A stretch of DNA of 64,000 nucleotides from Waddliaceae bacterium (GCA_002709385.1 PAQS01000021.1:3387-67386); one strand, 5' to 3'. Positions 19,671 to 30,130 are shown, counted from the first letter of the stretch. Notes: generated by a model not told the origin, from the sequence alone. Translations and numbers: made by a program.

Positions 19671-20398
19671 AGAAGTTTCAGACGAGATTTGACGTCTACA
19701 TTGCCTTCGTTGAGCAAGTTTCCATCAAGGCAGTCTTTTAAAAGAAACGGACCACTTCGGATGCGTTGTAGTTCACTCAAGTGAGCTCCACATCCAAGGA
19801 TTTCGCCTAAATCGTGAGCAATGCTACGGATATAGGTACCTTTACTGCATGCCACACGAATCATAAGGTGAGGGGCATGGTAAGCTAAAACCTTAGTGTC
19901 CAATTCAACTTCTTCAGCGCGGCGATCTATAGTCTGACCTTTTCGTGCTAAATCATAAAGTTTCTGACCGTTGACTTTCTTAGCTGAGTACATAGGGGGA
20001 ACTTGTTTTACTTTCCCTTGAAACTGTGCAATCGCTGCATCAATTTCTTCACGAGATGGTAAGTCTTCTGTCTCAGAAAGAATCTCACCCTCTGCATCGT
20101 AAGTACTCGTTCTTATTCCTAAACGAACTTCAGCAATATACTCTTTGTCGTGCGATAAAAAAGTATCCGAAAGACGGGTATATTTACGTCCTACTAAAAG
20201 AACCATTACACCCGTAGCTAAAGGATCCAAAGTACCTGCATGACCAATTTTTTTCACGCCTGTAACCCGGCGCAAGGCAGCGACAAGAGAAAATGAGCTC
20301 TGCCCTTTAGGTTTATCGACGAGTAAAAGACCTTCCAGTTCCTCTTTTGGACTAGTCTTGTTCGTCGTTGTTTGTGTCTGCTCTAGAATCTGTGTCAT
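19667..20398 (-). CDS. truB: tRNA pseudouridine(55) synthase
   Basis: IGHAGTLDPLATG, QVPPMYSA, CSKGTYIRS. Confidence 0.97.
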   Translation of the reverse strand: MTQILEQTQTTTNKTSPKEELEGLLLVDKPKGQSSFSLVAALRRVTGVKKIGHAGTLDPLATGVMVLLVGRKYTRLSDTFLSHDKEYIAEVRLGIRTSTYDAEGEILSETEDLPSREEIDAAIAQFQGKVKQVPPMYSAKKVNGQKLYDLARKGQTIDRRAEEVELDTKVLAYHAPHLMIRVACSKGTYIRSIAHDLGEILGCGAHLSELQRIRSGPFLLKDCLDGNLLNEGNVDVKSRLKLL

Positions 20399-20789
20399 AT
20401 GACGTTGTTTCTACCTCTGGAACATTTTCGCGTTCTTCTCTTTCTTCTCGAACTTTTTGTACTAATTCCTCGATACGCAACTGTTGGTCCAGTGAACGAT
20501 CGATTCTAAAAGTAAGTTCAGGAAAATAGCGCATGACGACTTTCTTGGAAGCATGAACGGCAATAAAGCCAGCTGCCGATTGGCAGGCAGCTAATACAGA
20601 TTGCTTAACCTCATCATCACCACCAACTACTGTAATGTATACTTTCGCATAGTGGAGATCGTTTGTGATTTCCACGCGAGTGACTGTGACGAATTCTGAC
20701 ATCATAGGGTTCTTCACATCCTTGTGAAGAACCTCAGAGATGACCTCTTTTAACAAAGAATTCAGTCTTGCAGTTCTGCGATTTTCCAT
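20352..20789 (-). CDS. rbfA: Ribosome-binding factor A
   Basis: RTARLNSLLKEVIS, DLHYAKVY, MRYFPELTF; follows infB. Confidence 0.95.
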   Translation of the reverse strand: MENRRTARLNSLLKEVISEVLHKDVKNPMMSEFVTVTRVEITNDLHYAKVYITVVGGDDEVKQSVLAACQSAAGFIAVHASKKVVMRYFPELTFRIDRSLDQQLRIEELVQKVREEREERENVPEVETTSYDTDSRADTNNDEQD

Positions 20790-20800
20790 AATTCCTAACT

Positions 20801-23797
20801 CTACAATTTCTGTTCTTTGTACACGATTTCATAAGCTTGAAGGATGTCTCCTTCTTGGATATTGTTGTTATCAAAAACAATACCACATTCAAGACCCTTG
20901 CTTACTTCGCGTACGTCATCTTTGTGTCGCTTAATAGATTGAATTGGACCTGTCCAGATTACTTCGCCATCACGAACAATCCGGATACTATGGTTACGGT
21001 GAATCGTACCATCAGAAATAATACATCCAGCAATCTTACCTAAATGAGAAGACTTAAATACAGCGCGTACCTCAGCAGATCCACGATCGTGCTCTTCTGC
21101 AATACGGTCTAGTAACTCAGTCATCATCTCAGTAATATGATCTACCGCATGATAAATAATATCATGAGTAATCACTCGTACACCAAGCTGCTTCACTAAA
21201 GATTCAGCATGACGCTCTACTTCAGTACGGAAACCAAGAACAATCGCTTTAGATGCCGCTGCAAGTGTGATATCAGCTTCAGATACTTCACCAACACCAC
21301 AGAAAATGACTTCTAAGTTGACTTTGTCAGATTCAATCTTAAGAAGAGCTGTCTTTAAAGCTTCCGCAGAACCTTGTACGTCAGCACGGAGAACGACTTT
21401 TAGAGTCTTTTTCTCATCTTCAGAAGACTGCTGAAGCATAGATTCCAAGCTAATTGGTTTCTTCGTCATCTGACGTTTTTCACGCAGTTCTTGTTGACGC
21501 ATCTCAGCAATTGCTTGAGCTTCTTTTTCATCAGCAACAACAATAAACTCACTTCCTGCAGAAGGGATTCCACTCAATCCTGTAATACGCACAGCTGTGG
21601 ACGGGCCTGCAACTTCTAAAGCATGGTTGTGCTCGTTGTGCATTGTCTTCACATAACCCCAATGCTCATCAAAGACCATTGCGTCGCCTTTACGAAGTGA
21701 ACCATTCTGAATAAGAACTGTAGCTACAGCACCTAAACCTTTGTGCATTTCAGCTTCAATAACTCGACCACGAGCACGAGAATTGGCATGTGCTCTAAGT
21801 TCAAGGACTTCTGCTTGAAGAGCTAACATCTCAAGAAGATCTTTAACCCCTTCTTTTGTGTGAGCTGAACAGTTCACAGTAATGGTTTGTCCACCCCAAG
21901 CTTCAGGAAGAAGGTCTTGCTCTGCAAGTTGACGGTATACAGTATCTGCATCAAAACCTGGCTTATCGCACTTGTTGATGGCAACAAGAAGAATCACACC
22001 AGCAGATTTCGCATGTTGGATCGCTTCGATTGTTTGCTGACGCATACCTTCATCACCGGCAACAACAAGAACGACGATATCAGTAACTTCCGCTCCACGA
22101 GCACGCATAGCTGAGAAAGCTTCGTGACCAGGAGTATCTAATACTGTTAGAGGTCCTACATCTGTTGAACAGCTAAAGGCACCAATATGCTGAGTGATTG
22201 CTCCGGCTTCCCCAGCAGCAAGTTCAGAGCTACGAATAGCGTCAATCAAACTTGTCTTACCGTGGTCGACGTGACCCATGAAGGCTACGACTGGAGCTCT
22301 CAGTATCAGTTGATCGGGATCAACTTCAGCAATCTCTTCCTGGATTGTCTTGTCTGTTACCTGTCTTCTTTCTTCTTCAGAAGTATCAATTGTGATTTCA
22401 CAGCCAAACTCTTGACCTAACAGTTGAATGGTTGTCTCGTCATCTAAAGCATCGTTTAGAGTCACGATCACACCTTGCATGAAAAGCTTGGTGATCAACT
22501 GAGAAGACTTCAATTTCATTTCGTTTGCTAAAGTCTTCAGAAGAATAGGCAGGCGAATCGTCAGTTCTGTAGGTCTTACTGTTGTAAGTTCTGTATCTAC
22601 TTTCTTAGACGAGTTACGCTTTTTGCGCCATCGAACTTGCCCATCCTCATCCATTCCGCCGCGTTGTCCGCGTCCTGTACGAGAGTAGGGGGCAGCTTTA
22701 CCTGGTCGAAGGTCACGGTACTCTTTTTTGTTACCGTTACCATTACCGCCACCACCTTTTCCAGATCCTGGTCGTCCTCCAGCACGGCCTGTTTCATTAT
22801 CACCGGCATTTGCATGGGGAGCTGGACGCTTCGGACGGCTATCTGATGCAGCTGAAGACTTCTTGTTTTCACCTTGACCGAACTCTTCTTTTTTCTTTGG
22901 TTCAGCAGTTGGCTTCTTCAAAAGGTCATTAACATGACGCCCTGTTGGCCCTAACTTCACTTTGGGTTTAATTAATCGCTCGATATGTGCAGGACGTGAA
23001 GGTCGCTTATCACCAAAGAGATTAGAGCGGTTTTTACGTTTTTCAGGTGTACGCCCTGGAGTAGCATTTGCTGCTCCTTGCTTACTAGCCTCTTTTTGCT
23101 GAGGAGCAGGAGGCATTTCTTTTTTGACCACGGGCTTTTTCTTTGCTACAGGTGCTGTTTTAGGGAAGTTTGCTTGAGCAGGAGCTGGCTTTTCCTTCTT
23201 AGGGAGAGGAGCCTCTTTTGAAACTTCTTTCGGAGTTTCTTTAGCTTGCTCTACAACTTTTGCTTCCACTTCTTTTACTTCAATCTTAGTTTCTGGTTCT
23301 TCGACAACAGGAGCCTTTTGTGGCTTCATTTGTCGTTCTGCTTGTATACGAGCGACTTCTTCTGTATCAGCTGGTCCGCCTTCTAAAAGACGCTTAGCTT
23401 TTAAGATTTTTTCCGCTTCTCGTTCTTCTGCTGTTGGCTCGCTAACGGGAGTGGACTTAGCCTCTTCAGCCTTATCCTCCACTTCAGAGCTCTCTTCTAC
23501 AGAACTCTCCTTAGAGATCTGTTGTTCTTCACCTTCTCCATCAAAATAAGAGCGTGATCGCGCTTTAACGCGCGGAGCTGTAGCTTCAGCTTCACCATTT
23601 TGCTGCTCGGTTACTCCTGCATCTTTAGCAGTAACCTTGGTCTCTTTGGCTTTTTTATTTGCCGGCTTGCTCTTTTTCTCTTTAGCGTCAGGCTGAGATT
23701 CGTCTTTCTTTTTCTTGAGCTTTTTTTTAAGAGTACCAAGATTGAGCGCTTCTGCGAGCTGAGCATTCTTGATGTTAAGCTTGAGGTTTTTGGCCAA
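20801..23797 (-). CDS. infB: Translation initiation factor IF-2
   Basis: MGHVDHGKT, ITQHIGA, DTPGHEAF, NKCD. Confidence 0.98.
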   Translation of the reverse strand: MAKNLKLNIKNAQLAEALNLGTLKKKLKKKKDESQPDAKEKKSKPANKKAKETKVTAKDAGVTEQQNGEAEATAPRVKARSRSYFDGEGEEQQISKESSVEESSEVEDKAEEAKSTPVSEPTAEEREAEKILKAKRLLEGGPADTEEVARIQAERQMKPQKAPVVEEPETKIEVKEVEAKVVEQAKETPKEVSKEAPLPKKEKPAPAQANFPKTAPVAKKKPVVKKEMPPAPQQKEASKQGAANATPGRTPEKRKNRSNLFGDKRPSRPAHIERLIKPKVKLGPTGRHVNDLLKKPTAEPKKKEEFGQGENKKSSAASDSRPKRPAPHANAGDNETGRAGGRPGSGKGGGGNGNGNKKEYRDLRPGKAAPYSRTGRGQRGGMDEDGQVRWRKKRNSSKKVDTELTTVRPTELTIRLPILLKTLANEMKLKSSQLITKLFMQGVIVTLNDALDDETTIQLLGQEFGCEITIDTSEEERRQVTDKTIQEEIAEVDPDQLILRAPVVAFMGHVDHGKTSLIDAIRSSELAAGEAGAITQHIGAFSCSTDVGPLTVLDTPGHEAFSAMRARGAEVTDIVVLVVAGDEGMRQQTIEAIQHAKSAGVILLVAINKCDKPGFDADTVYRQLAEQDLLPEAWGGQTITVNCSAHTKEGVKDLLEMLALQAEVLELRAHANSRARGRVIEAEMHKGLGAVATVLIQNGSLRKGDAMVFDEHWGYVKTMHNEHNHALEVAGPSTAVRITGLSGIPSAGSEFIVVADEKEAQAIAEMRQQELREKRQMTKKPISLESMLQQSSEDEKKTLKVVLRADVQGSAEALKTALLKIESDKVNLEVIFCGVGEVSEADITLAAASKAIVLGFRTEVERHAESLVKQLGVRVITHDIIYHAVDHITEMMTELLDRIAEEHDRGSAEVRAVFKSSHLGKIAGCIISDGTIHRNHSIRIVRDGEVIWTGPIQSIKRHKDDVREVSKGLECGIVFDNNNIQEGDILQAYEIVYKEQKL

Positions 23798-23801
23798 TGG
23801 A

Positions 23802-25073
23802 CTATTTCCTCTGTTTGCTAATTTCTTCTAAGGCTTGTTCTGCCGTTTCTATGGAAACACCAGGGACTTTAGCGAGTTCTTCTGTACTTGCTTTTAAAAG
23901 GTCTCGAGGAGTTCTATATCCTTCAGCGAGTAGGTTTTCTACAATCAGAGGATTGATCGTCTCAAGACGTAACTCTTCATCTAAGGAAGCGTCATCAGAT
24001 TCTATCAGCTCTAAGCGTTGCAGCTCAATTGCCTTATTATAATCTGTCATGCGCTCTGCTTCAAGGGTATGCCCGATCAACTTGCCGTTGAGTCGAATAT
24101 TCATACCACGTTTACCGATAACGGCGGCAAAGTTGTCGTCATCAACAACAATAGATACTACCCGCTCATCTTCGTTTACACTAATCTTGCGAATTTCGAT
24201 TGGGTCTAAAGCGTTTTGCAGTAGCTCAATAGCATCGTCGGAATGAGGGATAATGTCAATCTTTTCATTGTGTAGCTCTCGGACGATATTCTTTACACGA
24301 ATACCTCGCATTCCTACACAAGCTCCTACAGGGTCTACCTGTGGGTCTCTGCTGCTAACAGCTATTTTTGTGCGATAGCCAGCTTCTCTGACAATCTTTT
24401 CGATGATCACTGTTTCGTCGCTGATTTCAGGTACTTCTTGTAAAAATAACTGACGCACAAATTCTGGTGAACTACGAGATAAAATAACCTCAGCTCCACC
24501 GTTCTCTGTATCCTGTACTTCAGCTAAAAGTGCCGTAACACGCTCGCCAACTTGGTAGTGCTCGGTTTTAGGGTACTCTCTACCTGGCATTAAAGCTTCA
24601 ACTTTTCCTAAGTCTACAACTAAGGTAGAGCCTCGGATAAAGCGTTTTACTGTCCCAGAGATGATTTCGTTAACACGGTGACGGTATTCTTCGTAGATCA
24701 CATCTCTTTCAGCACCACGAAGCTTTTGCGTGATGATCTGTCGGGCTTTTTGAGCAGCAATGCGACCAAAATTACTTGGTGTCATAGCTACATCGATAAA
24801 TTGACCGATTTCGCAGTCAGGGTCTAGTTCTTGTGCATCTTCTAAGGAAATCTCAAGAGCTGTGTGTTCTACTTTTTCCACGATCTCTTTTTCGCAATAA
24901 ACTTCAATAGCACCGTTACGTGGTTGAATTTCCACACGTACCTTAGCATCTTCGTCAATACTGCGACGCGCTGCAACTTCTAGAGATTCCTCAATCGCTT
25001 TGATGATGACGTCACGTTTGATCCCTTTCTCTCTTTCGAGGTAATCAAAAACGGCGATTAGGTCTTTGTTCAT
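23802..25073 (-). CDS. nusA: Transcription termination/antitermination factor NusA
   Basis: FGRIAAQKARQ, REAGYRTKIAV, DPVGACVG; KH and HhH regions. Confidence 0.98.
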   Translation of the reverse strand: MNKDLIAVFDYLEREKGIKRDVIIKAIEESLEVAARRSIDEDAKVRVEIQPRNGAIEVYCEKEIVEKVEHTALEISLEDAQELDPDCEIGQFIDVAMTPSNFGRIAAQKARQIITQKLRGAERDVIYEEYRHRVNEIISGTVKRFIRGSTLVVDLGKVEALMPGREYPKTEHYQVGERVTALLAEVQDTENGGAEVILSRSSPEFVRQLFLQEVPEISDETVIIEKIVREAGYRTKIAVSSRDPQVDPVGACVGMRGIRVKNIVRELHNEKIDIIPHSDDAIELLQNALDPIEIRKISVNEDERVVSIVVDDDNFAAVIGKRGMNIRLNGKLIGHTLEAERMTDYNKAIELQRLELIESDDASLDEELRLETINPLIVENLLAEGYRTPRDLLKASTEELAKVPGVSIETAEQALEEISKQRK

Positions 25074-25108
25074 TTTTAAGCCCTGTTAAGTCTTTTTAGG
25101 TGAATGGC

Positions 25109-25225
25109 AAAAAACCGAAGACAAAGCTTCGGTTTTCAGCAGCATCAAAAAGTAACTGCTTGGAAATTTCCCAAAAGAAATTTCCAGGTGCCCACGGGTT
25201 AGGTGGGCACCCCTCAGAAGAGGGG
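25109..25225 (-). promoter_or_regulatory. Structured rpsA-nusA intergenic RNA ending in a terminator-like hairpin (candidate attenuator)
   Basis: Stems at 25210-25225, 25187-25211, 25161-25186, a weaker one at 25138-25160, and 25111-25136; the last is followed by a U-tract on the minus strand. Confidence 0.65.
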
Positions 25226-25232
25226 ATTCGGA

Positions 25233-26984
25233 CTAGTCCTCATCACGCTCTTCGTTTTCTTCTTCAGAGTAACCTTCAGAAAAATCTTCTTCTCCTTGGC
25301 CCGGAGTAGTGACAACGATATCGTCATAGTCTACGTCACTCTCACCAATCAAAAATTCTTTGATTGAAAGCGCAATTTTCTTGTGCTCTGGATCAAGACG
25401 AATGACTTTTGCTGTCACATCGTCACCTTTAGAGACAACATCTTCTACCTTGCCAAACGCTTGGTCAGATAGTTCAGTTACGTGAATAAGACCCTCTAGC
25501 CCATTGTCAAGCTCAACAAAAGCACCAAATGCAGTTGTTTTGCTGATGATACCACGAACAAGACTTCCTACAGGCATTGTTGCTTCAATTGTTTCCCAAG
25601 GGTTCTTGGTCAATTGCTTAATACCTAAAGTGATCTTCTTACTTTCTTTGTCTACAGATAAAATCTGCGCTTCAACTTGGTCGCCTTTGTTTAGCATCTC
25701 TGAAGGGTGAGACACTTTCTTGATCCAGCTAAGGTCAGAAATGTGAATCAATCCATCAATACCTGGCTCTAAAGCAACGAAAGCACCATAGTTAGTCAAG
25801 CTGCGGATTTCAGCTGAAACAGGAGTGCCAACAGGATACTTGTTCTCTACTTCATCCCAAGGGTTGTGCTCTGTCTGTTTGATACCAAGAGAAATTTTAC
25901 CTTCTTCTTTCTGTACAGACAAGACTACTGCATCAACTTCTTCGCCTTTTGTAACAACTTCACTTGGATCTGTTACGTTTTTCACCCAAGACATTTCAGA
26001 TACGTGGATTAGACCCTCGATACCTGGCTCAATCTCAATGAACGCACCGTAAGGAAGTAAGTTAACAATCTTACCACGAACACGAGTTCCTGGAGGGTAT
26101 CTCTGCTCGATTTCGTCCCAAGGATTGCTTTCTTTCTGCTTAAGCCCAAGAGCAACACGACCTTTTTCACGATCAACGCTTAAGATCATCACTTCAAGCT
26201 TTTCACCAAGCTCAACCATCTCAGATGGGTGCTTGATACGCTTCCAAGTCATGTCTGTAATGTGCAATAGACCATCAATGCCGTCTAGATCTAAGAATAC
26301 ACCGAAGTCAGTGATGTTCTTCACAACACCTTCACGTGTGTCGCCTTCTTTAATTGTTTCTAGCAACTCAGCCTTCTTAGAAATACGCTCAGCTTCTAGT
26401 AACTCACGACGAGATACAACAACGTTCTTACGCTCGATGTTGATTTTTAGAATCTTAAACTCGAATGTTTTGCCGATGTAGTCATCAAGATTCTTGATGC
26501 GCTTGTTGTCGATCTGAGATCCAGGAAGGAAAGCTTCCATCCCGATGTCTACCATCAAACCACCTTTTACGCGGCGAGTAATACAACCGGTAACGATAGA
26601 TCCTTCTTCACAAGTCTCAAGAATGTGCTCCCACTGACGAAGGCGCTCTGCTTTCTCTCTCGATAATACGATCTGTCCGTTTTCATCTTCAGCTTGGTCA
26701 AGGAAAACTTCAACTTCACCGTCTAAAATAATGTCTTCAGGGTCAGAAAACTCTTCGATTGGAACAAGGCCTTCTGATTTGAGGCCAACATCTACAACAA
26801 CGTGATCTTTTGTGATTTCAACAATGCAACCTTTCAAAATGTTGCCAGGAATTGTAGCATCAGATGCACTGTCATCAGCATCATCATCGCCAGCATCCAT
26901 TAGACTGCGGAATTCTGCCGCATCATCATCATGAAAATCAACGTCATCCAGAATGTTAGTATCTTCCCAAGGGTCTTTAGTCAT
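25233..26984 (-). CDS. rpsA: 30S ribosomal protein S1
   Basis: Six S1 repeats ([33 protein letters not shown]). Confidence 0.98.
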   Translation of the reverse strand: MTKDPWEDTNILDDVDFHDDDAAEFRSLMDAGDDDADDSASDATIPGNILKGCIVEITKDHVVVDVGLKSEGLVPIEEFSDPEDIILDGEVEVFLDQAEDENGQIVLSREKAERLRQWEHILETCEEGSIVTGCITRRVKGGLMVDIGMEAFLPGSQIDNKRIKNLDDYIGKTFEFKILKINIERKNVVVSRRELLEAERISKKAELLETIKEGDTREGVVKNITDFGVFLDLDGIDGLLHITDMTWKRIKHPSEMVELGEKLEVMILSVDREKGRVALGLKQKESNPWDEIEQRYPPGTRVRGKIVNLLPYGAFIEIEPGIEGLIHVSEMSWVKNVTDPSEVVTKGEEVDAVVLSVQKEEGKISLGIKQTEHNPWDEVENKYPVGTPVSAEIRSLTNYGAFVALEPGIDGLIHISDLSWIKKVSHPSEMLNKGDQVEAQILSVDKESKKITLGIKQLTKNPWETIEATMPVGSLVRGIISKTTAFGAFVELDNGLEGLIHVTELSDQAFGKVEDVVSKGDDVTAKVIRLDPEHKKIALSIKEFLIGESDVDYDDIVVTTPGQGEEDFSEGYSEEENEERDED

Positions 26985-27163
26985 GTAAGGGTTACTCCTT
27001 ATTTTCAGGCTAAAGCAAGAAGTTTAACAGGAACTAATTAATAAAAGCAATTTAGTAGTTGTTTTTGTAGAACTTAGGATTTGAACCATATTGGAAAAAA
27101 TACAGACTACTAGCCACATCTACAAGGCTAAGGTTCGGTCTTGCTAGCCGAAAATACAGGAAC

Positions 27164-27192
27164 AGAATAACAGAGTTCTTTCTCTAAATCAA
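27164..27192 (-). promoter_or_regulatory. sigma66-type promoter of the rpsA operon, implying a ~170-nt 5' UTR
   Basis: TTGATT (27192-27187)-N17-TATTCT (27169-27164) with a TG extended -10. Confidence 0.55.
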
Positions 27193-27315
27193 GAATTAGA
27201 GTGAAAAGGGGGAAAAACATAAAAAAATCACAGTTTTCAACGAGGGGTAACCCAAGAAAGTTGTTAAATAATGTTTTAAATTCTATCTTGAATTTTCTTT
27301 GGGAGGAAGTTGAAG

Positions 27316-27570
27316 ATGAAAGTAGATGGTGATAATTTTGATTTACCTATAGTGACGGAACCTGAATTTGAGTCTGGCAATTTGGATGGAAGAGTTGTAA
27401 AGGTCCTAGGTGGTGAAAATACTCAGGAAAAAATTAAAGGAACAGTTCGAAAGGTTTGTTCGGTCGTTGAGCAATTTTTATTGACGCTTCTACAATGCTT
27501 GGCTGTAACGGTTCAATTAGGGCAGGTATTAATGGCTTTTACTGCAGAATTGGAACCGGCTGTGAGTTAA
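27316..27570 (+). CDS. Small hypothetical protein with hydrophobic C-terminus
   Basis: GGGAGG RBS; contains GNLDGRVVKVL. Confidence 0.6.
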   Translation: MKVDGDNFDLPIVTEPEFESGNLDGRVVKVLGGENTQEKIKGTVRKVCSVVEQFLLTLLQCLAVTVQLGQVLMAFTAELEPAVS

Positions 27571-27574
27571 CGTT

Positions 27575-27940
27575 TTATCCAAAATAACGAACACGTGAAG
27601 TGGCAGTCTCTTCTAGGGTGATACAATGCAGATCATCTAATAAAGGATTAAGGAAGTCAAAAATCCATTTTGCGATGAATTCCGCTGTGGGAGAGTCTGT
27701 CTTTAAAGTGTCGTTTAGCCAGTGGTGATCTAAGTAGTCTTTGATCATTTGTTTAACAATGCTGGAAACATCAGAAAAATCAATAAGCATGTTCGTTTTT
27801 GGTCCGTTCTTATGCAAGTTGTTGCCGCGCAAGGTTACGGTTAGGCCATAAGAGTGTCCGTGGGGTCGGCTGCATTTTCCGTCGTGATGAGTAAGAACGT
27901 GTCCTGCTTCGAAAGTAAAAGTTTTTTCTAGTTCGTACAT
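27575..27940 (-). CDS. queD: 6-carboxytetrahydropterin synthase (QueD/PTPS-I)
   Basis: FEAGH, CSRPHGHSY (CxxxHGH), IDFSDV, LDHHWLN, PTAEFIA. Confidence 0.9.
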   Translation of the reverse strand: MYELEKTFTFEAGHVLTHHDGKCSRPHGHSYGLTVTLRGNNLHKNGPKTNMLIDFSDVSSIVKQMIKDYLDHHWLNDTLKTDSPTAEFIAKWIFDFLNPLLDDLHCITLEETATSRVRYFG

Positions 27941-27948
27941 TGTGTTTT

Positions 27949-29091
27949 TTAGTTTTCTTTTGGTTTTTGAAGTTTTTTATATAATTCTTTGATCATAGGT
28001 GAATTGGGAGCAAGCTGATGCGCTCGTTTAGCGTGGGACTGTGCTTCAGGAAACTGCTTGTTGCGAATGTATATGGTAGCTAAGGTGTAGTGGTACAAAG
28101 GTTCTTTTTTAAACAAGGGCATGCGGCTTTTTAGGGTTTTTGCTGCGTGATGGGTATCTTTTTCGTTTACATGGCATTGTGCAAGAGCAAGATGAAACTC
28201 TAGATTTTTAGGGTCTTGCTCAATCATGCTTTCGCAAGTTTGGATAGCGCCTTGGATATCTTTTCGTTCTATGTGAGTATTGATGAGTAGCTTGTGGATA
28301 TGTGGGTCTTTCGGCGCTTTTTCAATAGCTTTTTCAAGTACTTTTAGTCGTTCTTCTGGATTTTCGATAAATCGAGCAGCTTCAAAAAGAGTTTTTGGGT
28401 CATTTGTGCTGTTGATTTTTTCTTGAAGAGAGCGAGCTATGTCGCCGTATAGTTGGCGTTTTTTTTCAGCTTTGCCTTCAAGATCTAGCATGCCAAAGTG
28501 ATGGATGCATACTCCTTCGATTTTACCCATGCGATTTCTATAAGGGCTACCCTCGTCGCTGATTACTTCGTGGATAGGGGAAACCCAACGATACCCGCGG
28601 TGGTTTTTGAATAGGCGAACAAGACTCGTTTGGCGGTATCCATAGTCCTTTTCACTATTCATTAGAGAGCGGTAGGAGTTATCGGGAGCTGTGTATTCAA
28701 GGAGGTAATCGGCGTTGTGTTCAAGAATTGTGGATTCTTTGATGTAGTTTTTAATAGGAATATCAAAGCAATCAGCAACGTTTTCTTTGAGATAATATAA
28801 AATTTGTTCTTGGTTTTCTGTGTCTATCCATTCGTCGGCATCTAAAGATAATACCCATTTTCCTGTACATAAACTTAAAGCGTGGTTGCGGGCAGCAGCG
28901 AAATTATCAAACCAATCGAGGGAGTGGGGTTTGATGCCGGCTTCTTGTAAAATGTTTTTAGTGTTATCTTTAGATCCGGTATCCACGATGATCCATTCAT
29001 CAAAAAACGATTTGTGCCGTTTAATAAAGTCGGGAAGGTTCCTTTCTTCATTTTTTACAATCATACATAAAGAGATTTCTGGTTGACTCAT
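27949..29091 (-). CDS. GT2 glycosyltransferase with C-terminal TPR repeats
   Basis: ISLCMIVKNEE, VDTGSKD, FAAARN, LDADE, IHE; helical TPR-like C-terminus. Confidence 0.88.
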   Translation of the reverse strand: MSQPEISLCMIVKNEERNLPDFIKRHKSFFDEWIIVDTGSKDNTKNILQEAGIKPHSLDWFDNFAAARNHALSLCTGKWVLSLDADEWIDTENQEQILYYLKENVADCFDIPIKNYIKESTILEHNADYLLEYTAPDNSYRSLMNSEKDYGYRQTSLVRLFKNHRGYRWVSPIHEVISDEGSPYRNRMGKIEGVCIHHFGMLDLEGKAEKKRQLYGDIARSLQEKINSTNDPKTLFEAARFIENPEERLKVLEKAIEKAPKDPHIHKLLINTHIERKDIQGAIQTCESMIEQDPKNLEFHLALAQCHVNEKDTHHAAKTLKSRMPLFKKEPLYHYTLATIYIRNKQFPEAQSHAKRAHQLAPNSPMIKELYKKLQKPKEN

Positions 29092-29224
29092 CTTCCTACA
29101 CCTAGTATCCTGAGCGTCCTGTTACCTCTTTTTATCGTTTAAATTTTAAAAGTGCACGGCGATTATTGTAGCAAAAAAGAGGTTTTATTCCAATTAACTG
29201 GTTATGAAGGTTTTCGGCTATCAC

Positions 29225-30031
29225 ATGAGACGCTGTTTAGTCATGAAATTTGGCGGTGCTGCAGTGGCTAATACTGGCCAGTTTTCTCAAATTGCTTCGA
29301 TTATTCGTCAAAAGCGCGCAATTTATGAGCATATTGTGGTGGTGGTGAGTGCTATGGGTGATAGTACAGATCAGCTTGTCGCTTTGGCTCATGAAGTGCA
29401 TCCTCAACCTCCGAAGCGAGAATACGATATGTTGATTTCGGTAGGTGAAAGGGTCAGTATTGCGTTGCTTGCAATGGCGTTGGAGTTGCAGGGGTTGGAT
29501 GCTGTGAGTTTTACGGGCAGTCAAAGCGGTGTCGTTACGAGTACGAACCATGGCGAGGCTTGTATTGTAGCTATGCGCCCTCACCGTGTACAACGAGCGT
29601 TAGATCAGGGAAAGGTTGTTATTGTAGCAGGTTTCCAGGGGTGTAGTTCAGATGGGGAGATTACAACTTTGGGTCGTGGGGGGTCAGATACTAGTGCGGT
29701 TGCTTTAGGTGTGGCTTTGGATGCGGAAAAAATTGAGTTCTATAAAGATGTAGAAGGTGTTTATTCCTCTGATCCTAAAAAAGATTCGTCTTCTGTACTG
29801 TTTGAAGAATTGACTTATGAGCAAGCGTTAGATCTCGCTTCTGCGGGTACTTTTGTTCTCCATCCTCGTTGTGTTGTTTTAGCGCAGAAAAACGCTATGC
29901 CTTTGCAGGTTCGTTCATTCCATTGTTTGACTCATTCTGGGACGATGATTTGTTCTTCTGAGCAAAGAGAAAGAGGGCAGTATTTTTATGAAGAAGGGCC
30001 TCTTTTTTCTTCTTCGGGTGAAATCTTATGA
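29225..30031 (+). CDS. lysC: Aspartate kinase, catalytic domain only (no ACT domains)
   Basis: VMKFGG, VVSAMGDSTD, AGFQG, TTLGRGGSDTSA, DVEGVY. Confidence 0.9.
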   Translation: MRRCLVMKFGGAAVANTGQFSQIASIIRQKRAIYEHIVVVVSAMGDSTDQLVALAHEVHPQPPKREYDMLISVGERVSIALLAMALELQGLDAVSFTGSQSGVVTSTNHGEACIVAMRPHRVQRALDQGKVVIVAGFQGCSSDGEITTLGRGGSDTSAVALGVALDAEKIEFYKDVEGVYSSDPKKDSSSVLFEELTYEQALDLASAGTFVLHPRCVVLAQKNAMPLQVRSFHCLTHSGTMICSSEQRERGQYFYEEGPLFSSSGEIL

Positions 30032-30130
30032 GTCGTGCTTGCTTCCAAATCATTCACTTGTTATCTATATTCCACTGGCCAGAACGCAAAACTTTAGCTT
30101 ATACCATAGAACTCTTGAAGGTGTTGTACT

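Noticed and set aside
25100..25309. 69-aa plus-strand ORF across the rpsA-nusA gap
   Set aside because: Antisense to the operon; the region is better explained as structured RNA.
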